Shown one piece after another: positions 1-11,477 of a stretch of 64,000 nt of DNA. Positions within the stretch are counted from its first letter, which is position 1. Each line of letters begins with the position of its first letter. This DNA comes from Eubacteriales bacterium (GTDB lineage Bacteria > Bacillota > Clostridia > Oscillospirales > CAG-272), in NCBI GenBank assembly GCA_051867925.1, contig JBJDZI010000030.1, positions 1,158 to 65,157 of the forward strand, given 5' to 3'. The notes under the pieces were generated by a model that saw nothing but the letters and a program-made list of their open reading frames with translations, was not told where the DNA came from and did no database searches. Made by a program: the position numbers and the translations under genes.

Positions 1-398
1 CTTCCGTCAGAGGAAACTTTATCCAGTACCTCGGCAGGAAACAGCGTGGAGATCAAATCCATCGGCGTAGAGTCATCACAAACCAGAACCTGACCTTGGT
101 CATCGGTAATGACGGTGAACATCTCGCCCGAATAGCGGGTAATAGCAGTCAGACTGCGCTGGATCGACTCGTGATCGTCCTGAATGTACTCCGCAAAACC
201 TTCGTATTCTCCGTCATCGTACTCGGTTTGCAAATAGGTTTTCACCGAGATCGCCACGCGTTGCAGTTCTTCCTGCTTCTGATTGTTGCTGTAATTCTGT
301 ACCAAGGAGGTGATGATCAACGCCAGAATCAGAAAACTCAGCAGGATGATCATCATAAACGCCACCATATAGCGGGCAAACACGCTTTTGAAAAGCAT
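1..398 (-). CDS. 5' part of a probable membrane sensor histidine kinase (runs off the window)
   Basis: Read manually: GGAG RBS, ATG at 398, MLFKSVFARYMVAFMMIILLSFLILALIITSLV (TM helix) then an extracellular-type segment, open to the window edge. Kinase domains are not visible, so the product is inferred from the N-terminal style and the nearby response regulator. Confidence 0.55.
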   Translation of the reverse strand, partial: MLFKSVFARYMVAFMMIILLSFLILALIITSLVQNYSNNQKQEELQRVAISVKTYLQTEYDDGEYEGFAEYIQDDHESIQRSLTAITRYSGEMFTVITDDQGQVLVCDDSTPMDLISTLFPAEVLDKVSSDG

Positions 399-449
399 AA
401 TATCTCCTTTATCTGTCAATCGACGGTAGCGGTGACTGGCGCGCGGTCA

Positions 450-1544
450 TCAAACATTGAAACGGAAGAGGACGACATCGCCGTCTTTCATCACATATTC
501 TTTTCCCTCAGAGCGATAAAGTCCCTTCTCTTTCGCGGCGCTAACAGAACCGCACTCCTTCAGATCGTCGAATGCGACCACCTCTGCACGGATGAATCCG
601 CGTTCGAAATCGGTATGAATTTTTCCTGCGGCTTGGGGTGCTTTGGTGCCGCGGCGGATAGTCCATGCACGTACTTCGGTAACACCTGCGGTCAGGAAAC
701 TGATGAGTCCCAACAGACTGTAGCTTGCTTTGATGAGCTTGTCCAGACCGCTCTCGGTAATGCCCAGATCAGCGATGAACATGGCTTTTTCTTCTTCATC
801 CAGTTCGGCGATCTCCGCCTCGATCCCTGCGCAGATCGGTACCACCTCTGCGCCTTCCTTGGCGGCATACGCGGCAAGCGCTTGATAGTGGGGATTGTTC
901 TCGTAACTGCCGTCAACCTCATCCTCGCCGATATTGGCGGCGTAGATGACCGATTTGTCAGAAAGCAGACCCATAGAAGTCATAAGTTTCTGCTCGTCCT
1001 CGGTATAAGTCAAAGAGCGGGCGGACCGACCTTCGGAAAGTGCAATGTAGACCTTCTCCATCAGTTCCAGTTCGGGAACAAGAGATTTGTCGTTCTTCGC
1101 CAGTTTGCGCAGACGGTCCAGACGGCGTTCCACCTGCTCCAGATCGGAAAGCACCAGTTCCATATTGATGGTTTCCACATCGCGGAGCGGATCAACCGAG
1201 CCGTCTACATGGACGATGTTTGCATTTTCAAAGCAACGGACGACATGAACGATGGCGTCAACCTCGCGGATGTGACCCAAGAACTTGTTGCCCAGTCCTT
1301 CGCCTTTGGACGCACCCTTAACCAGTCCTGCGATGTCAACGAACTCGATGACGGCGGGGGTGTATTTCTCTGCGTGATACAGATCGTTAAGCCAGTCCAG
1401 ACGCTTGTCCGGCACGGCCACGACGCCTACATTCGGCTCAATGGTGCAGAACGGATAGTTGGCAGACTCTGCGCCTACATTAGTGATTGCGTTAAACAGT
1501 GTGCTCTTCCCGACATTGGGAAGACCTACGATACCCAGTTTCAT
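450..1544 (-). CDS. ychF: Redox-regulated ATPase YchF (Obg family)
   Basis: GIVGLPNVGKSTLFN, NYPFCTIEPN, DIAGLVKGASKGEGLGNKFL, C-terminal TGS ending FRFNV. Confidence 0.97.
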   Translation of the reverse strand: MKLGIVGLPNVGKSTLFNAITNVGAESANYPFCTIEPNVGVVAVPDKRLDWLNDLYHAEKYTPAVIEFVDIAGLVKGASKGEGLGNKFLGHIREVDAIVHVVRCFENANIVHVDGSVDPLRDVETINMELVLSDLEQVERRLDRLRKLAKNDKSLVPELELMEKVYIALSEGRSARSLTYTEDEQKLMTSMGLLSDKSVIYAANIGEDEVDGSYENNPHYQALAAYAAKEGAEVVPICAGIEAEIAELDEEEKAMFIADLGITESGLDKLIKASYSLLGLISFLTAGVTEVRAWTIRRGTKAPQAAGKIHTDFERGFIRAEVVAFDDLKECGSVSAAKEKGLYRSEGKEYVMKDGDVVLFRFNV

Positions 1545-1584
1545 GGATGGAACCTCATTTCAGTAATTCTTTTCAGATGCCTTC

Positions 1585-1613
1585 ATTATACTATATCTCC
1601 CCACAAAATGCAA
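1585..1613 (-). promoter_or_regulatory. sigma-A-like promoter of ychF
   Basis: Minus strand TTGCAT-N17-TATAAT about 40 nt upstream of the ychF ATG. Confidence 0.65.
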
Positions 1614-1785
1614 GTTATTTTCAAAATTTCCCCGAAAGTTTGCAAGATGTCACATAACGTTCACAATTATTTCATTTGTACGCCACAACTGGATGCTATA
1701 ATTCAATTGTGAACATTGATACAAAATTAACTATGTTAACAATTTAACAGAGTTACAAATATATATATGCTATGGAGGAAGTAAA

Positions 1786-2475
1786 ATGGCTGTAAAATTA
1801 TTGATTGTGGACGACGAGCCCAGCATTTGTGAATCCCTTCGTCTGTATCTGGAAAACGAAGGCTACGAGGTCAAGATCGCAAACGATGGCGTAGAAGGCG
1901 TCAGTGCTTTCAAAATGTACGAACCCGACATCGTTCTGCTGGATATTATGATGCCCCGCAAAGACGGCTGGCAGGTCTGCCGCGAAATTCGTGAGGTCTC
2001 TTCCCGCCCCATTATTATGCTCACCGCAAAGGGTGAGATCTTCGACAAGGTTTTGGGGCTGGAACTGGGCGCGGATGATTTCGTCGTGAAGCCTTTCGAT
2101 ATGAAGGAACTGTCCGCTCGTATCAAGGCAGTGCTTCGTCGTTACAGCAGTCATGACAGTGCCGGCGATGACGAGGTCGTCAAGTTTGACAACATTGAGG
2201 TCAGCCGTCAGAAGTACGAACTGAAGATCTGCGGCAAGAGCGTGGACATCCCCCCCAAGGAACTGGAACTGCTCTATTTTCTGGCGTCCAATTACAACCG
2301 CGTCTTTACCCGCGACCAGCTTCTCGATAAGGTCTGGGGCTTCGACTATCTGGGCGATTCCCGCACCGTGGACGTACACGTGAAGCGTCTGCGTGAAAAG
2401 CTGGAGGGCGTTTCGGATAAGTGGGTGCTGAAAACCGTTTGGGGTATCGGCTACAAATTCGAACTTTTACAGTAA
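1786..2475 (+). CDS. OmpR/PhoB-family response regulator
   Basis: LIVDDE, LLDIMMP, GADDFVVKPF receiver plus winged helix (SRTVDVHVKRLREKL, TVWGIGYKF); GGAGG RBS. Confidence 0.95.
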   Translation: MAVKLLIVDDEPSICESLRLYLENEGYEVKIANDGVEGVSAFKMYEPDIVLLDIMMPRKDGWQVCREIREVSSRPIIMLTAKGEIFDKVLGLELGADDFVVKPFDMKELSARIKAVLRRYSSHDSAGDDEVVKFDNIEVSRQKYELKICGKSVDIPPKELELLYFLASNYNRVFTRDQLLDKVWGFDYLGDSRTVDVHVKRLREKLEGVSDKWVLKTVWGIGYKFELLQ

Positions 2476-2487
2476 TTCCCTATAATC

Positions 2488-2524
2488 AATAAAGGAACCG
2501 CAGCCTGCGGTTCCTTTATTTTTG
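2488..2524. terminator. Bidirectional intrinsic terminator
   Basis: AATAAAGGAACCGCAG/CTGCGGTTCCTTTATT inverted repeat followed by T run, between convergent genes. Confidence 0.85.
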
Positions 2525-2525
2525 C

Positions 2526-2774
2526 TCATTGAGTTGAACGGTCTGTGTCGACACCTGACAGTCCCTCCTCTGTCTTTGTACGAAACAGCTCGTCGATGGT
2601 CACGCCGTACAGATCGGCGATAGCGGGCAAAAGCGCGATGTCCGGGAGATTTCTCCCCGTCTCCCATTTGGACACTGCCTGCACCGTGAGCGAGAGTGAT
2701 TTTGCGACCTCGCCCTGCGTCAGCCCTTTTCGGCATCGCAGCAACCGAAGCCGCGCGGCAAAATGATTGTTCAA
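2526..2774 (-). CDS. Small XRE-family helix-turn-helix regulator
   Basis: LTQGEVAKSLSLTVQAVSKWETGRNLPDIALLPAIADLYGVTIDELF; TTG start after GGAAGGAG. Confidence 0.85.
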   Translation of the reverse strand: MNNHFAARLRLLRCRKGLTQGEVAKSLSLTVQAVSKWETGRNLPDIALLPAIADLYGVTIDELFRTKTEEGLSGVDTDRSTQ

Positions 2775-2848
2775 GCAATACTCCTTCCAAGGGATGCAGA
2801 TGATACCACCTGCATCCCCCGCTCCGGTCTTTCGACCTTAGGTGGATA

Positions 2849-2890
2849 TTACTCGCCTGTCGGGGCGAGCAACATTGTCTTCATCAACAT
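2849..2890 (-). CDS. Candidate 13-aa leader peptide MLMKTMLLAPTGE
   Basis: GGAGGAGG RBS 7 nt before the ATG, TAA stop, followed by hairpins and then the XRE gene. Confidence 0.5.
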   Translation of the reverse strand: MLMKTMLLAPTGE

Positions 2891-3139
2891 TCGATCGCCT
2901 CCTCCATTTCAGATTTCGCATTCCTGCGATGATATCATTATAACAGGTTTTTCCTGAAAATCAATAACGCAATGGTTGAATTTTGGATAAATTTGCGGGT
3001 TTATAGGAAATTCGGTGTAATTCTATACTTCAATAGAACATAAAAGCTGTCGCAATAAGCACCATGTGATCATGCAACTGATATTCCGCGCCCCAAGGTG
3101 CACCGATAGAGTGTTTCTTTATGCAAATTCTTCGTTTTT

Positions 3140-3232
3140 AGGGAAGGGCGAAACCATCTCAGACGCCGAAGTATTCGTCCTCCCCTTCGCAGCCGCCGCA
3201 TAGCGGCGTCTGCTACCCCACTTCCTTGGCAC
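3140..3232 (+). repeat. Degenerate copy of the MITE internal module
   Basis: GGAAGGGCGAAACCATCTCAGACGCCGAAGT...ACCCCACTTCCTTGGC resembles the interiors of 43247-43409 and (reverse) 49880-50018; no clear TIRs. Confidence 0.6.
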
Positions 3233-3253
3233 TTGGCTCTGCGGAAACAAGTC

Positions 3254-3325
3254 GGGCGGCAATGACTTGCCGCCCTGTTCCGAAAGTTCTTGGAGGTTCG
3301 GAACCTTCTTAGGGGAAGGTTCCGA
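3254..3325 (-). repeat. REP-like multi-hairpin repeat downstream of rpoC
   Basis: GGAACCTT/AAGGTTCC hairpin, CCTCCAAGAACTT linker, GGGCGGCAA/TTGCCGCCC hairpin; same modules at 49831, 55218, 55351, 57343. Confidence 0.8.
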
Positions 3326-3342
3326 GATAGTATCCATACAGA

Positions 3343-6300
3343 TTATTCTTCGTCGAAGGTTTCGTCTTCCGACTCAATCATCTCATCGCCAAGAGCCTCT
3401 GCTTCATCTTCGTCCATGAAGAGATCGTCATCTTCATCCACTTCATCTTCGTCGTCCGGCGCAGGCTCAGACTTCTTCTCGACATGAGGGATGCGGTGCG
3501 CCTCCAGCTCAGCCAGAGGATCTGCACCTACGCGATCCACTTCGATGTTGCGGTAGCGTTCCATACCGGTACCGGCAGGAATCAGTTTACCGATCAGTAC
3601 GTTCTCCTTCAGACCCAGCAGGTGATCCTTCTTACCGCTGATAGCGGCTTCGGTCAGCACCTTGGTGGTCTCCTGGAAGGATGCTGCGGACAGGAAGGAT
3701 TCGGTCATCAGAGCTGCCTTGGTGATACCCAGCAGAACGGGAGAACTCTTGGCAAGGCAGAGATCGCGCTCGCCTGCATCGATGCGAGCCTGAATAATCT
3801 CATTCTCACGGCGGAACTCGTTGACGTCTACCAGAGAACCGATCAGCAGATTGGTATCTCCGCCGTCTTCGATTCTGCACTTGCGAGTCATCTGCCGGGC
3901 GATTACTTCGACGTGCTTGTCATTGATCTCAACCGACTGGATACGGTAGGTCTTCTGAATTTCCTTGATGATATAGTCGTAAGCGGCGTCCAGACCGTTG
4001 ATCCGGGTAATGTCAGCCAGAGACATATGACCTTCGGTGATGGCATCGCCGCGGCTGACATAGTCGCCTTCGCTTACAACGATATGCGTGCCGAAAGGAA
4101 TGGGGTAAACTGTGGTTTCCTTAGTGCCTTCGTTGGTAACGGTTACGTTGCGGGCACGCTTGGTGTCTGCAATGGAAATCACACCGGACTGCTCTGCAAT
4201 CACGGCAGTCTTCTTGGGACGGCGAGCCTCGAAGATTTCTTCGACACGGGGCAGACCTTGGGTAATATCGTTACCTGCAACGCCACCGGTGTGGAAATTT
4301 CTCATGGTCAGCTGCGTACCGGGCTCACCGATGGACTGTGCGGCAATGATACCGACAGCCTCGCCTACATTGACCTTCTTGGTGGTGGCAAGGTCCATAC
4401 CGTAACAGTGAGAGCAGATACCGTATCGGCATTCACACTCCAGAACGGTGCGGATGTTTACTTCCTTGATGCCTGCGTCGACGATCTTCTTGACCTCTGC
4501 CTCGCTCAGCATGGTGTCATCCTTAGCCAGAACGTCGCCCTTAGCAATATGCTTTTCGGGAACATCGTTCGGTGCAATAACATCGCCAATGACATATCTG
4601 CCCAGCAGACGGTCGGAGAGTTTCTCCAGAACGTCATTGCCTTCTCTGATCTCCCGCACCAGCATACCGTGACGGGTTCCGCAGTTCTCTTCTCTGATAA
4701 TGACCTCCTGAGAGACATCTACCAGACGACGGGTCAGATAACCGGAGTCAGCGGTCTTCAGAGCGGTATCGGACAGAGACTTACGCGCACCACGGGCGGC
4801 GATGAAGTATTCCAAAATGTTCAGACCTTCACGGAAGTTGGACTTAACGGGCAGCTCCATAGTCTTACCGTTTGCAGCGAACATCAGACCACGCATACCT
4901 GCCAGCTGACGCATCTGCGTCATGTTACCACGGGCGCCGGAGTCTGCCATCATCTTGATAGGATTGTAGCGGTCAAAGCCTGCCTGCAGTGCGGCAACGA
5001 CGTCTTTGGTTGCTTTTTCCCAAATTGCGATAACGGAGGTGTAGCGTTCTTCGTCGGTAAGTTCACCGCGCAGGAAGTGCTTGTGGATCACTTCAACGTC
5101 CTTCTCTGCCTGTCTGACGATCTCGTACTTGGCTTCGGGAACGTCTACGTCGGAGACGGAAATGGAAATGGATGCGATGGTGGAGTATTTATAGCCCATG
5201 GACTTGATGGCGTCCAGAACTTCAGCTGTCTTTTCAGGGCCGTGGATCTTGATGGTACGGTCAACAATCTCACCCAGCTGCTTCTTACCGCAGGTAAAGT
5301 GGATTTCCAGATCCAGCAGATGCTCGGGATTGGTACGGTCAACATAGCCCAGATCCTGAGGGATCGCCTGGTTGAAGATCAGACGACCGTAGGTCGCGTC
5401 GATAATGGCACTGTGCACCTCGCCGTCGATCTCCTTGGTCACGCGAACCTTGATGGGGGTGTGCATCTCAATGATGCCGTTCTCGTAAGCCATGGTGGCT
5501 TCGTTGAAGTCGCGGAAGATTTTGCCTTCGCCTTTCTCACCTTCGCGGTCGATGGTCAGATAGTAGGAACCCAGTACCATATCCTGAGAAGGAACGGCTA
5601 CGGCTTTACCGTCGGCGGGCTTCAGCAGGTTGTTGGCGGACAGCATCAGGAAGCGTGCCTCAGCCTGTGCCTCTGCGGACAGCGGAACGTGTACAGGCAT
5701 CTGGTCGCCGTCGAAGTCGGCGTTGAACGCAGTACAAACCAGAGGATGGAGCTTAATGGCTCTGCCTTCAACCAGAATTGGCTCGAATGCCTGGATGGAC
5801 AGTCTGTGCAAAGTAGGAGCACGGTTCAGAAGGACGGGATGCTCTTTGATCACGTTCTCCAGTGCGTCCCAAACATCGTCGTTGACCTTTTCAACCTTCT
5901 TCTTTGCGTCCTTGATGTTGGTGGCTTTCTGAGTCTCCACCAGCCGCTTCATCACGAAGGGCTTGAAGAGTTCCAGTGCCATTTCTTTAGGCAGACCGCA
6001 CTGATAGATTTTCAGTTCGGGGCCAACGACGATAACCGAACGACCTGAGTAGTCAACACGCTTACCCAGCAGATTCTGACGGAAACGGCCCTGCTTACCG
6101 CGGAGCATTTCGGACAGAGACTTGAAGGGACGGTTAGAAGGACCGGTGATGGGCTTGCCGCGGCGACCGTTGTCGATCAGCGCGTCCACAGCCTCCTGGA
6201 GCATTCTGCGCTCGTTACGGATGATGATCTCGGGCGAGCGAAGCTCCATCAGTCTCTTCAGACGGTTGTTACGGTTGATGACTCTGCGGTACAGATCGTT

Positions 6301-7059
6301 CAGGTCGGAGGATGCAAAGCGTCCGCCGTCCAGCTGTACCATGGAGCGGATATCGGGGGGAATTACGGGAAGTACATCCAGAATCATCCATTCGGGCTTG
6401 TTACCGCTCTTGCGGAATGCTTCGACGACTTCCAGTCGCTTGATGAGGCGAGCCTTCTTCTGACCGGATGCGGTCAGAAGCTCAGCCTTCAGTTTTTCGG
6501 AAAGTTCGGGGATGTTCAGCTCTGCCAGCAATTCCTTGATGGCACCTGCGCCCATGCCGACCCTGAAGTCGTCCTCGTAGGTTTCCTTGTATTTTTTGTA
6601 TTCAGTCTCAGACAGAAGCTGATACTTGGACAGAGGGGTGTCACCGGGATCGATAACAATATACTCTGCGTAGTATAGCACCTTCTCCAGCATTCTGGGG
6701 GAGATGTCCAGCAGGGTTCCCATACGGGAGGGGATGGCACGGAAGTACCAGATGTGAGATACGGGGCAGGCCAGTTCGATGTGACCCATGCGTTCCCGGC
6801 GCACCTTTTTGGTGGTAACCTCCACGCCGCACTTTTCGCAGACTTTGCCTTTATAGCGAACTCTCTTATATTTGCCGCAGGCGCACTCCCAGTCCTTGGT
6901 CGGACCAAAGATACGCTCGCAGAACAGACCGTCCCGCTCTGCTTTGAGGGTACGGTAGTTGATGGTTTCGGGCTTCTTAACCTCGCCGAAAGACCAACTG
7001 CGGATCATTTCGGGGGACGCAAGACCAATTTCAATTGAATCAAATACGCGTTCTTCCAT
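3343..7059 (-). CDS. rpoC: RNA polymerase beta' subunit
   Basis: [10 protein letters not shown], Zn-finger cysteines, catalytic NADFDGDQM, acidic C-terminal tail. Confidence 0.99.
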   Translation of the reverse strand: MEERVFDSIEIGLASPEMIRSWSFGEVKKPETINYRTLKAERDGLFCERIFGPTKDWECACGKYKRVRYKGKVCEKCGVEVTTKKVRRERMGHIELACPVSHIWYFRAIPSRMGTLLDISPRMLEKVLYYAEYIVIDPGDTPLSKYQLLSETEYKKYKETYEDDFRVGMGAGAIKELLAELNIPELSEKLKAELLTASGQKKARLIKRLEVVEAFRKSGNKPEWMILDVLPVIPPDIRSMVQLDGGRFASSDLNDLYRRVINRNNRLKRLMELRSPEIIIRNERRMLQEAVDALIDNGRRGKPITGPSNRPFKSLSEMLRGKQGRFRQNLLGKRVDYSGRSVIVVGPELKIYQCGLPKEMALELFKPFVMKRLVETQKATNIKDAKKKVEKVNDDVWDALENVIKEHPVLLNRAPTLHRLSIQAFEPILVEGRAIKLHPLVCTAFNADFDGDQMPVHVPLSAEAQAEARFLMLSANNLLKPADGKAVAVPSQDMVLGSYYLTIDREGEKGEGKIFRDFNEATMAYENGIIEMHTPIKVRVTKEIDGEVHSAIIDATYGRLIFNQAIPQDLGYVDRTNPEHLLDLEIHFTCGKKQLGEIVDRTIKIHGPEKTAEVLDAIKSMGYKYSTIASISISVSDVDVPEAKYEIVRQAEKDVEVIHKHFLRGELTDEERYTSVIAIWEKATKDVVAALQAGFDRYNPIKMMADSGARGNMTQMRQLAGMRGLMFAANGKTMELPVKSNFREGLNILEYFIAARGARKSLSDTALKTADSGYLTRRLVDVSQEVIIREENCGTRHGMLVREIREGNDVLEKLSDRLLGRYVIGDVIAPNDVPEKHIAKGDVLAKDDTMLSEAEVKKIVDAGIKEVNIRTVLECECRYGICSHCYGMDLATTKKVNVGEAVGIIAAQSIGEPGTQLTMRNFHTGGVAGNDITQGLPRVEEIFEARRPKKTAVIAEQSGVISIADTKRARNVTVTNEGTKETTVYPIPFGTHIVVSEGDYVSRGDAITEGHMSLADITRINGLDAAYDYIIKEIQKTYRIQSVEINDKHVEVIARQMTRKCRIEDGGDTNLLIGSLVDVNEFRRENEIIQARIDAGERDLCLAKSSPVLLGITKAALMTESFLSAASFQETTKVLTEAAISGKKDHLLGLKENVLIGKLIPAGTGMERYRNIEVDRVGADPLAELEAHRIPHVEKKSEPAPDDEDEVDEDDDLFMDEDEAEALGDEMIESEDETFDEE

Positions 7060-7079
7060 TATTCTGCATCTCCTTTCAA

Positions 7080-10000
7080 TTAAAACTCGTCATCGGAATC
7101 GACGTCATCAACGTCATCCATCATTTCGGTAAACAGTTCGTCTTCGCCGTATTCGTCTACGCCGTCGCCGTTGTCAGAATGTCCGGTGAAGGTCTCTTCA
7201 AAGAAGCCTTCGCCCATTTCTTTGGTCACAATATTGGAGCCGATCTCTTCTTCGGTAAAGGTGGGAGCAGACAGCTCGTCTTCATCGTCCAGCGTTGCCA
7301 GATCGATCTCGTCGCCGTTCTTGTTCAGCACCTTGACATTCAGCGCCAGCGACTGCAGTTCCTTCACCAGCACCTTGAATGCCGCGGGCACGCCGGGAGT
7401 GGGGATGTTCTCGCCCTTGACGATCGCCTCGTATGCCTTCACACGACCGGTCACATCGTCGGACTTGATGGTCAGAATTTCCTGCAGAGTGTATGCGGCA
7501 CCGTATGCTTCCAGTGCCCAAACTTCCATCTCACCGAAACGCTGACCGCCGAACTGCGCTTTACCGCCCAAAGGCTGCTGCGTAACCAGCGAGTAAGGAC
7601 CGGTAGAACGAGCGTGGATCTTATCATCAACCAGATGGTGGAGTTTGAGGTAGTACATGATACCCACGGTGACGGGGTTATCGAAGCGGCGACCGGTTCT
7701 GCCATCGTACAGGATGGACTTGCCGTCGATGATTTTGAGCTTATGCTCTTCCATCATCTCCAGCAGCTCTGCTCTGGTATACTTGGAAACATCGAACTCG
7801 GGATAAGTCTTTTCGCCGGTCTCTTCGTTGACCTCTTCCAGATAGATAGTCTTGCCGTCCAGTTTGTCGGAAGGAAGTACATCACGGTACATTCCTGCCA
7901 TCTTCATGCACTCAGCGATGTCTTTCTCGTTGGCACCGTCGAATACGGGAGTCATGACCTTCCAGCCCAACTTGCGAGCCGCAATGCCGAGGTGAACCTC
8001 CAGCACCTGACCGATGTTCATTCGGGAAGGCACGCCCAGAGGGTTCAGCACGATATCCAGAGGAGTACCGTCTGCCAGGAAAGGCATATCTTCGGGAGGC
8101 AGAATACGGGATACGACACCCTTGTTACCATGGCGGCCTGCCATCTTGTCGCCCACGGAAATCTTTCTCTTCTGGGCGATGTATACGCGGACCACTTTAT
8201 TCACGCCGGGACCCAGTTCATCGCTGTTCTCGCGGGAGAATACTTTGACGTCAACAACGATACCCGACTCACCGTGGGGCAAACGCATGGAAGTGTCACG
8301 CACTTCTCTTGCCTTCTCGCCGAAGATCGCGCGGAGCAGACGCTCCTCTGCGGTCAGTTCAGTCTCTCCCTTGGGAGTGACCTTACCAACCAGAATGTCG
8401 CCGGAGCGAACCTCGGTACCCTTGCGGATGATACCCTCTGCGTTCAGATCCTTCAGCGCGTCTTCGCCGACGTTGGGAATCTCGCGGGTAATTTCTTCCG
8501 GTCCCAGTTTGGTATCGCGGGCTTCATGGGTATATTCTTCGATGTGGATGGAGGTGTACACATCGTCACGAACCAGACGCTCGTTCAGCAGAACGGCGTC
8601 CTCGTAGTTGTAACCTTCCCAAGTCATGAAGCCGATCAGAGGGTTCTTACCCAAGGAGATCTCGCCGTGGTCGGTCGCAGGGCCGTCTGCGATAACCCGA
8701 CCGGCGTCGATATATTCGCCCTCGTTGATGATGGGGCGCTGGTTTACGCAGGTGCCCTGGTTGGAGCGCTTGAACTTCAGAAGGTGATAGGTGTCCTTCG
8801 TACCTGCATCGGTGCGAATGACGATCTCATCAGCGGTTACGCGCTCTGCAACGCCGGAATTCTTGGCGCAGATGACGACGCCGGAGTCAATTGCCGCCTT
8901 GTACTCCATGCCGGTACCGACGATAGGAGCCTGGCTGACCATCAGCGGCACTGCCTGCTTCTGCATGTTGGAACCCATCAGCGCACGGGAGTTGTCATCG
9001 TTTTCCAGGAAGGGGATGAAGGAGGTGGCAACCGAAACGACCATCTTGGGCGATACGTCCATGTAGTCTGCTTCGGAAGCGTTTACTTCCAGAATCTCGG
9101 AGCGGCGACGAACGGAAACCTTCTGATTGACGAAACGGAAGTTTTCGTCCAGAGGCTCGTTTGCCTGCGCTACGGTATAGTTATCTTCTACGTCAGCGGT
9201 CATGTAGTCCACTTCGTTGGTAACGATGGACTCAACGTACTTGCCGTTTTCATCGTAGATCTTCTTGATCTTACGGTAGGGTGCTTCGATGAAGCCGTAT
9301 TCGTTGACCTTTGCGTAGGTGGAAAGGTAAGAGATCAGACCGATGTTAGGACCTTCGGGAGTCTCGATAGGACACATACGACCGTAGTGGGTGTAGTGTA
9401 CGTCACGGACATCGAAGGAGGCACGGTCACGGGACAGACCGCCGGGGCCCAGTGCGGACAGACGGCGCTTGTGGGTGACTTCTGCCAGAGGGTTATTCTG
9501 GTCCATGAACTGGGACAGAGGAGAAGAGCCGAAGAAGTCGCGGATCGCCGTCACGATGGGACGGATGTTGATCAGCGTTTCGGGAGTCAGGCTCTCGCTG
9601 TCCTGCACGGTCATTCTCTCCTTGACGATCTTATCCATACGGGAGAAACCGATGCGGAACTGGTTCTGCAACAGTTCACCGACGCTTCTCAGACGGCGGT
9701 TGCCCAGATGGTCGATATCGTCCACTGTGCCGCAATCGTGGGACAGGCAGATCAGATAGTTGACCGATGCGAAAATGTCAGCCTTGGTGATGTGCTTGGG
9801 ACAAAGAAGTGCATTGCGCTCGCGGCAAGCCTTGATGAAGGTAGCGCGATCCTGGATGCCAACCTCTTCGATCAGATCGGAGAGTGCCTTAAAATCCACC
9901 TTCTCCTTGATTCCTGCTTCACGCAGATCAAAGCCCAATACAGCCTCAGGGTAAACAGTACCGTTGGAAATGACCTTGATCTCGGTCGCAGCAGCATCGT

Positions 10001-11018
10001 CGGGGTGACGAACGTAAACTTCGTTCACGCCTGCCATTTCCAACGCATTGGCGATCTCAGCGGTCAGATAGGTTCCCTCGTCGTACAAGAACTCACCGGT
10101 GATGGGAGAGATGGCGGGACGGGTCAGAATGCGACCTTCCACGCGCTTGCCGATGGCAACCTTCTTATTGTACTTGTAACGACCTACGGGAGCCAGATCG
10201 TAACGCTTGGGATCGAAGAACATATTGTTGATCAGAACCTGTGCGCTGTCAACCAGAGGAGGCTCGCCGGGACGGAGCTTGCGATAGATTTCCTTCAGCG
10301 ATTCTTCTTCGGCGGTAGTGCCGTTTTTCTGCGCCTCTGCGTTCATGCCATCCTTTTCGATGGTCGCCATGATCTTGACGTCCTCACCGAATACGGCGGT
10401 AATGTCGCTGTCATTGCAAAGCCCCAGTGCGCGGAGCAGAACGGTCACGGGAATCTTACGGTTTTTGTCGATTCGGACAGAGAAAACGTCGTTGGCATCG
10501 GTCTCGTACTCCAGCCATGCGCCGCGATAAGGGATGATCTGTGAGGTGTAGACCTTCTTGCCGGACTTGTCGATCTGGCTGTCGTAGTACATACCGGGGG
10601 AGCGGACGATCTGAGAAACGATGACGCGCTCTGCACCGTTGATGATGAAAGTGCCGTTGTCGGTCATCAGAGGGAAATCGCCCACATAAATGACACGGTC
10701 AATGACCTCTTCGGTATTCTTATTGTAGAGACGAACCTTTACACGCAGGGGTGCGGCAAAGTTGACGTCGCGATCCTTGCACTCCTCTTCGGGGTACTTG
10801 GGCGTGTCGTCCAAGGTATAGTCGATGAATTCGATGTAAATGTTGCCCGAGTAGTCAACGATCGGGGATACATCGCGCAGAACCTCCTGCAGGCCCTCGT
10901 CCAAAAACCACTGATAAGATTTCTTCTGGACTTCCAGCAGATTGGGCATTTCCAGAACTTCGTCAATTTTGGAGAAGCTCATCCGCTCGGTGGTGCCGAG
11001 CATTTGGGATTTGACCAT
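7080..11018 (-). CDS. rpoB: RNA polymerase beta subunit
   Basis: [58 protein letters not shown] favours ATG at 11018. Confidence 0.99.
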   Translation of the reverse strand: MVKSQMLGTTERMSFSKIDEVLEMPNLLEVQKKSYQWFLDEGLQEVLRDVSPIVDYSGNIYIEFIDYTLDDTPKYPEEECKDRDVNFAAPLRVKVRLYNKNTEEVIDRVIYVGDFPLMTDNGTFIINGAERVIVSQIVRSPGMYYDSQIDKSGKKVYTSQIIPYRGAWLEYETDANDVFSVRIDKNRKIPVTVLLRALGLCNDSDITAVFGEDVKIMATIEKDGMNAEAQKNGTTAEEESLKEIYRKLRPGEPPLVDSAQVLINNMFFDPKRYDLAPVGRYKYNKKVAIGKRVEGRILTRPAISPITGEFLYDEGTYLTAEIANALEMAGVNEVYVRHPDDAAATEIKVISNGTVYPEAVLGFDLREAGIKEKVDFKALSDLIEEVGIQDRATFIKACRERNALLCPKHITKADIFASVNYLICLSHDCGTVDDIDHLGNRRLRSVGELLQNQFRIGFSRMDKIVKERMTVQDSESLTPETLINIRPIVTAIRDFFGSSPLSQFMDQNNPLAEVTHKRRLSALGPGGLSRDRASFDVRDVHYTHYGRMCPIETPEGPNIGLISYLSTYAKVNEYGFIEAPYRKIKKIYDENGKYVESIVTNEVDYMTADVEDNYTVAQANEPLDENFRFVNQKVSVRRRSEILEVNASEADYMDVSPKMVVSVATSFIPFLENDDNSRALMGSNMQKQAVPLMVSQAPIVGTGMEYKAAIDSGVVICAKNSGVAERVTADEIVIRTDAGTKDTYHLLKFKRSNQGTCVNQRPIINEGEYIDAGRVIADGPATDHGEISLGKNPLIGFMTWEGYNYEDAVLLNERLVRDDVYTSIHIEEYTHEARDTKLGPEEITREIPNVGEDALKDLNAEGIIRKGTEVRSGDILVGKVTPKGETELTAEERLLRAIFGEKAREVRDTSMRLPHGESGIVVDVKVFSRENSDELGPGVNKVVRVYIAQKRKISVGDKMAGRHGNKGVVSRILPPEDMPFLADGTPLDIVLNPLGVPSRMNIGQVLEVHLGIAARKLGWKVMTPVFDGANEKDIAECMKMAGMYRDVLPSDKLDGKTIYLEEVNEETGEKTYPEFDVSKYTRAELLEMMEEHKLKIIDGKSILYDGRTGRRFDNPVTVGIMYYLKLHHLVDDKIHARSTGPYSLVTQQPLGGKAQFGGQRFGEMEVWALEAYGAAYTLQEILTIKSDDVTGRVKAYEAIVKGENIPTPGVPAAFKVLVKELQSLALNVKVLNKNGDEIDLATLDDEDELSAPTFTEEEIGSNIVTKEMGEGFFEETFTGHSDNGDGVDEYGEDELFTEMMDDVDDVDSDDEF

Positions 11019-11282
11019 ATACAATCCTCCGTTTCAAAATAAATAGACCATACTTTATCATCCGTTTTTTCGTTCACAAAAAATTTAATCATTTTACCCC
11101 TGCGGCATTCTGGTTAAAGCCGAATCTTAAGCCAAACGATAAAGTTCAGTGAGCGAAAGCGTGAAAATAAGGCATGACCTCATTTTTTACCTCAATATTT
11201 GTCGACTTTTGTCGTTTTTTTGACCAAAGTCATTCCACACGGTTATTTAAACGCATTCTAACCGATTTTATTGGATGCTAAC

Positions 11283-11311
11283 ATAATACCACATTTGCTG
11301 GTATTTGTCAA
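11283..11311 (-). promoter_or_regulatory. sigma-A-like promoter of rpoBC
   Basis: Minus strand TTGACA-N17-TATTAT, implying a leader of about 255 nt. Confidence 0.7.
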
Positions 11312-11352
11312 GATATTTTTTCAAAAAAATGAAAAAATTTTTCAAAAAGGGC

Positions 11353-11381
11353 TTGCTTTTTTCGAAAATATGTGCTATGAT
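11353..11381 (+). promoter_or_regulatory. sigma-A-like promoter of rpsT
   Basis: TTGCTT-N17-TATGAT with TG extension. Confidence 0.6.
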
Positions 11382-11477
11382 ACTGGAGTAATGGTTTGAG
11401 CCGACCGGCTCAACGAGAATTCATCGATTTCTGACCCTCACACCGGGCAGAAAAATCGCTACGAGGAGGTGTACCCC

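Noticed and set aside
3484..10544. Very long plus-strand ORFs (854 aa and 1169 aa) opposite rpoC and rpoB
   Set aside because: Antisense shadows of codon-biased genes with no motifs or RBS; the same applies to 96..1712, 25586..27079, 27174..30011, 36040..37710 and 58440..60887.
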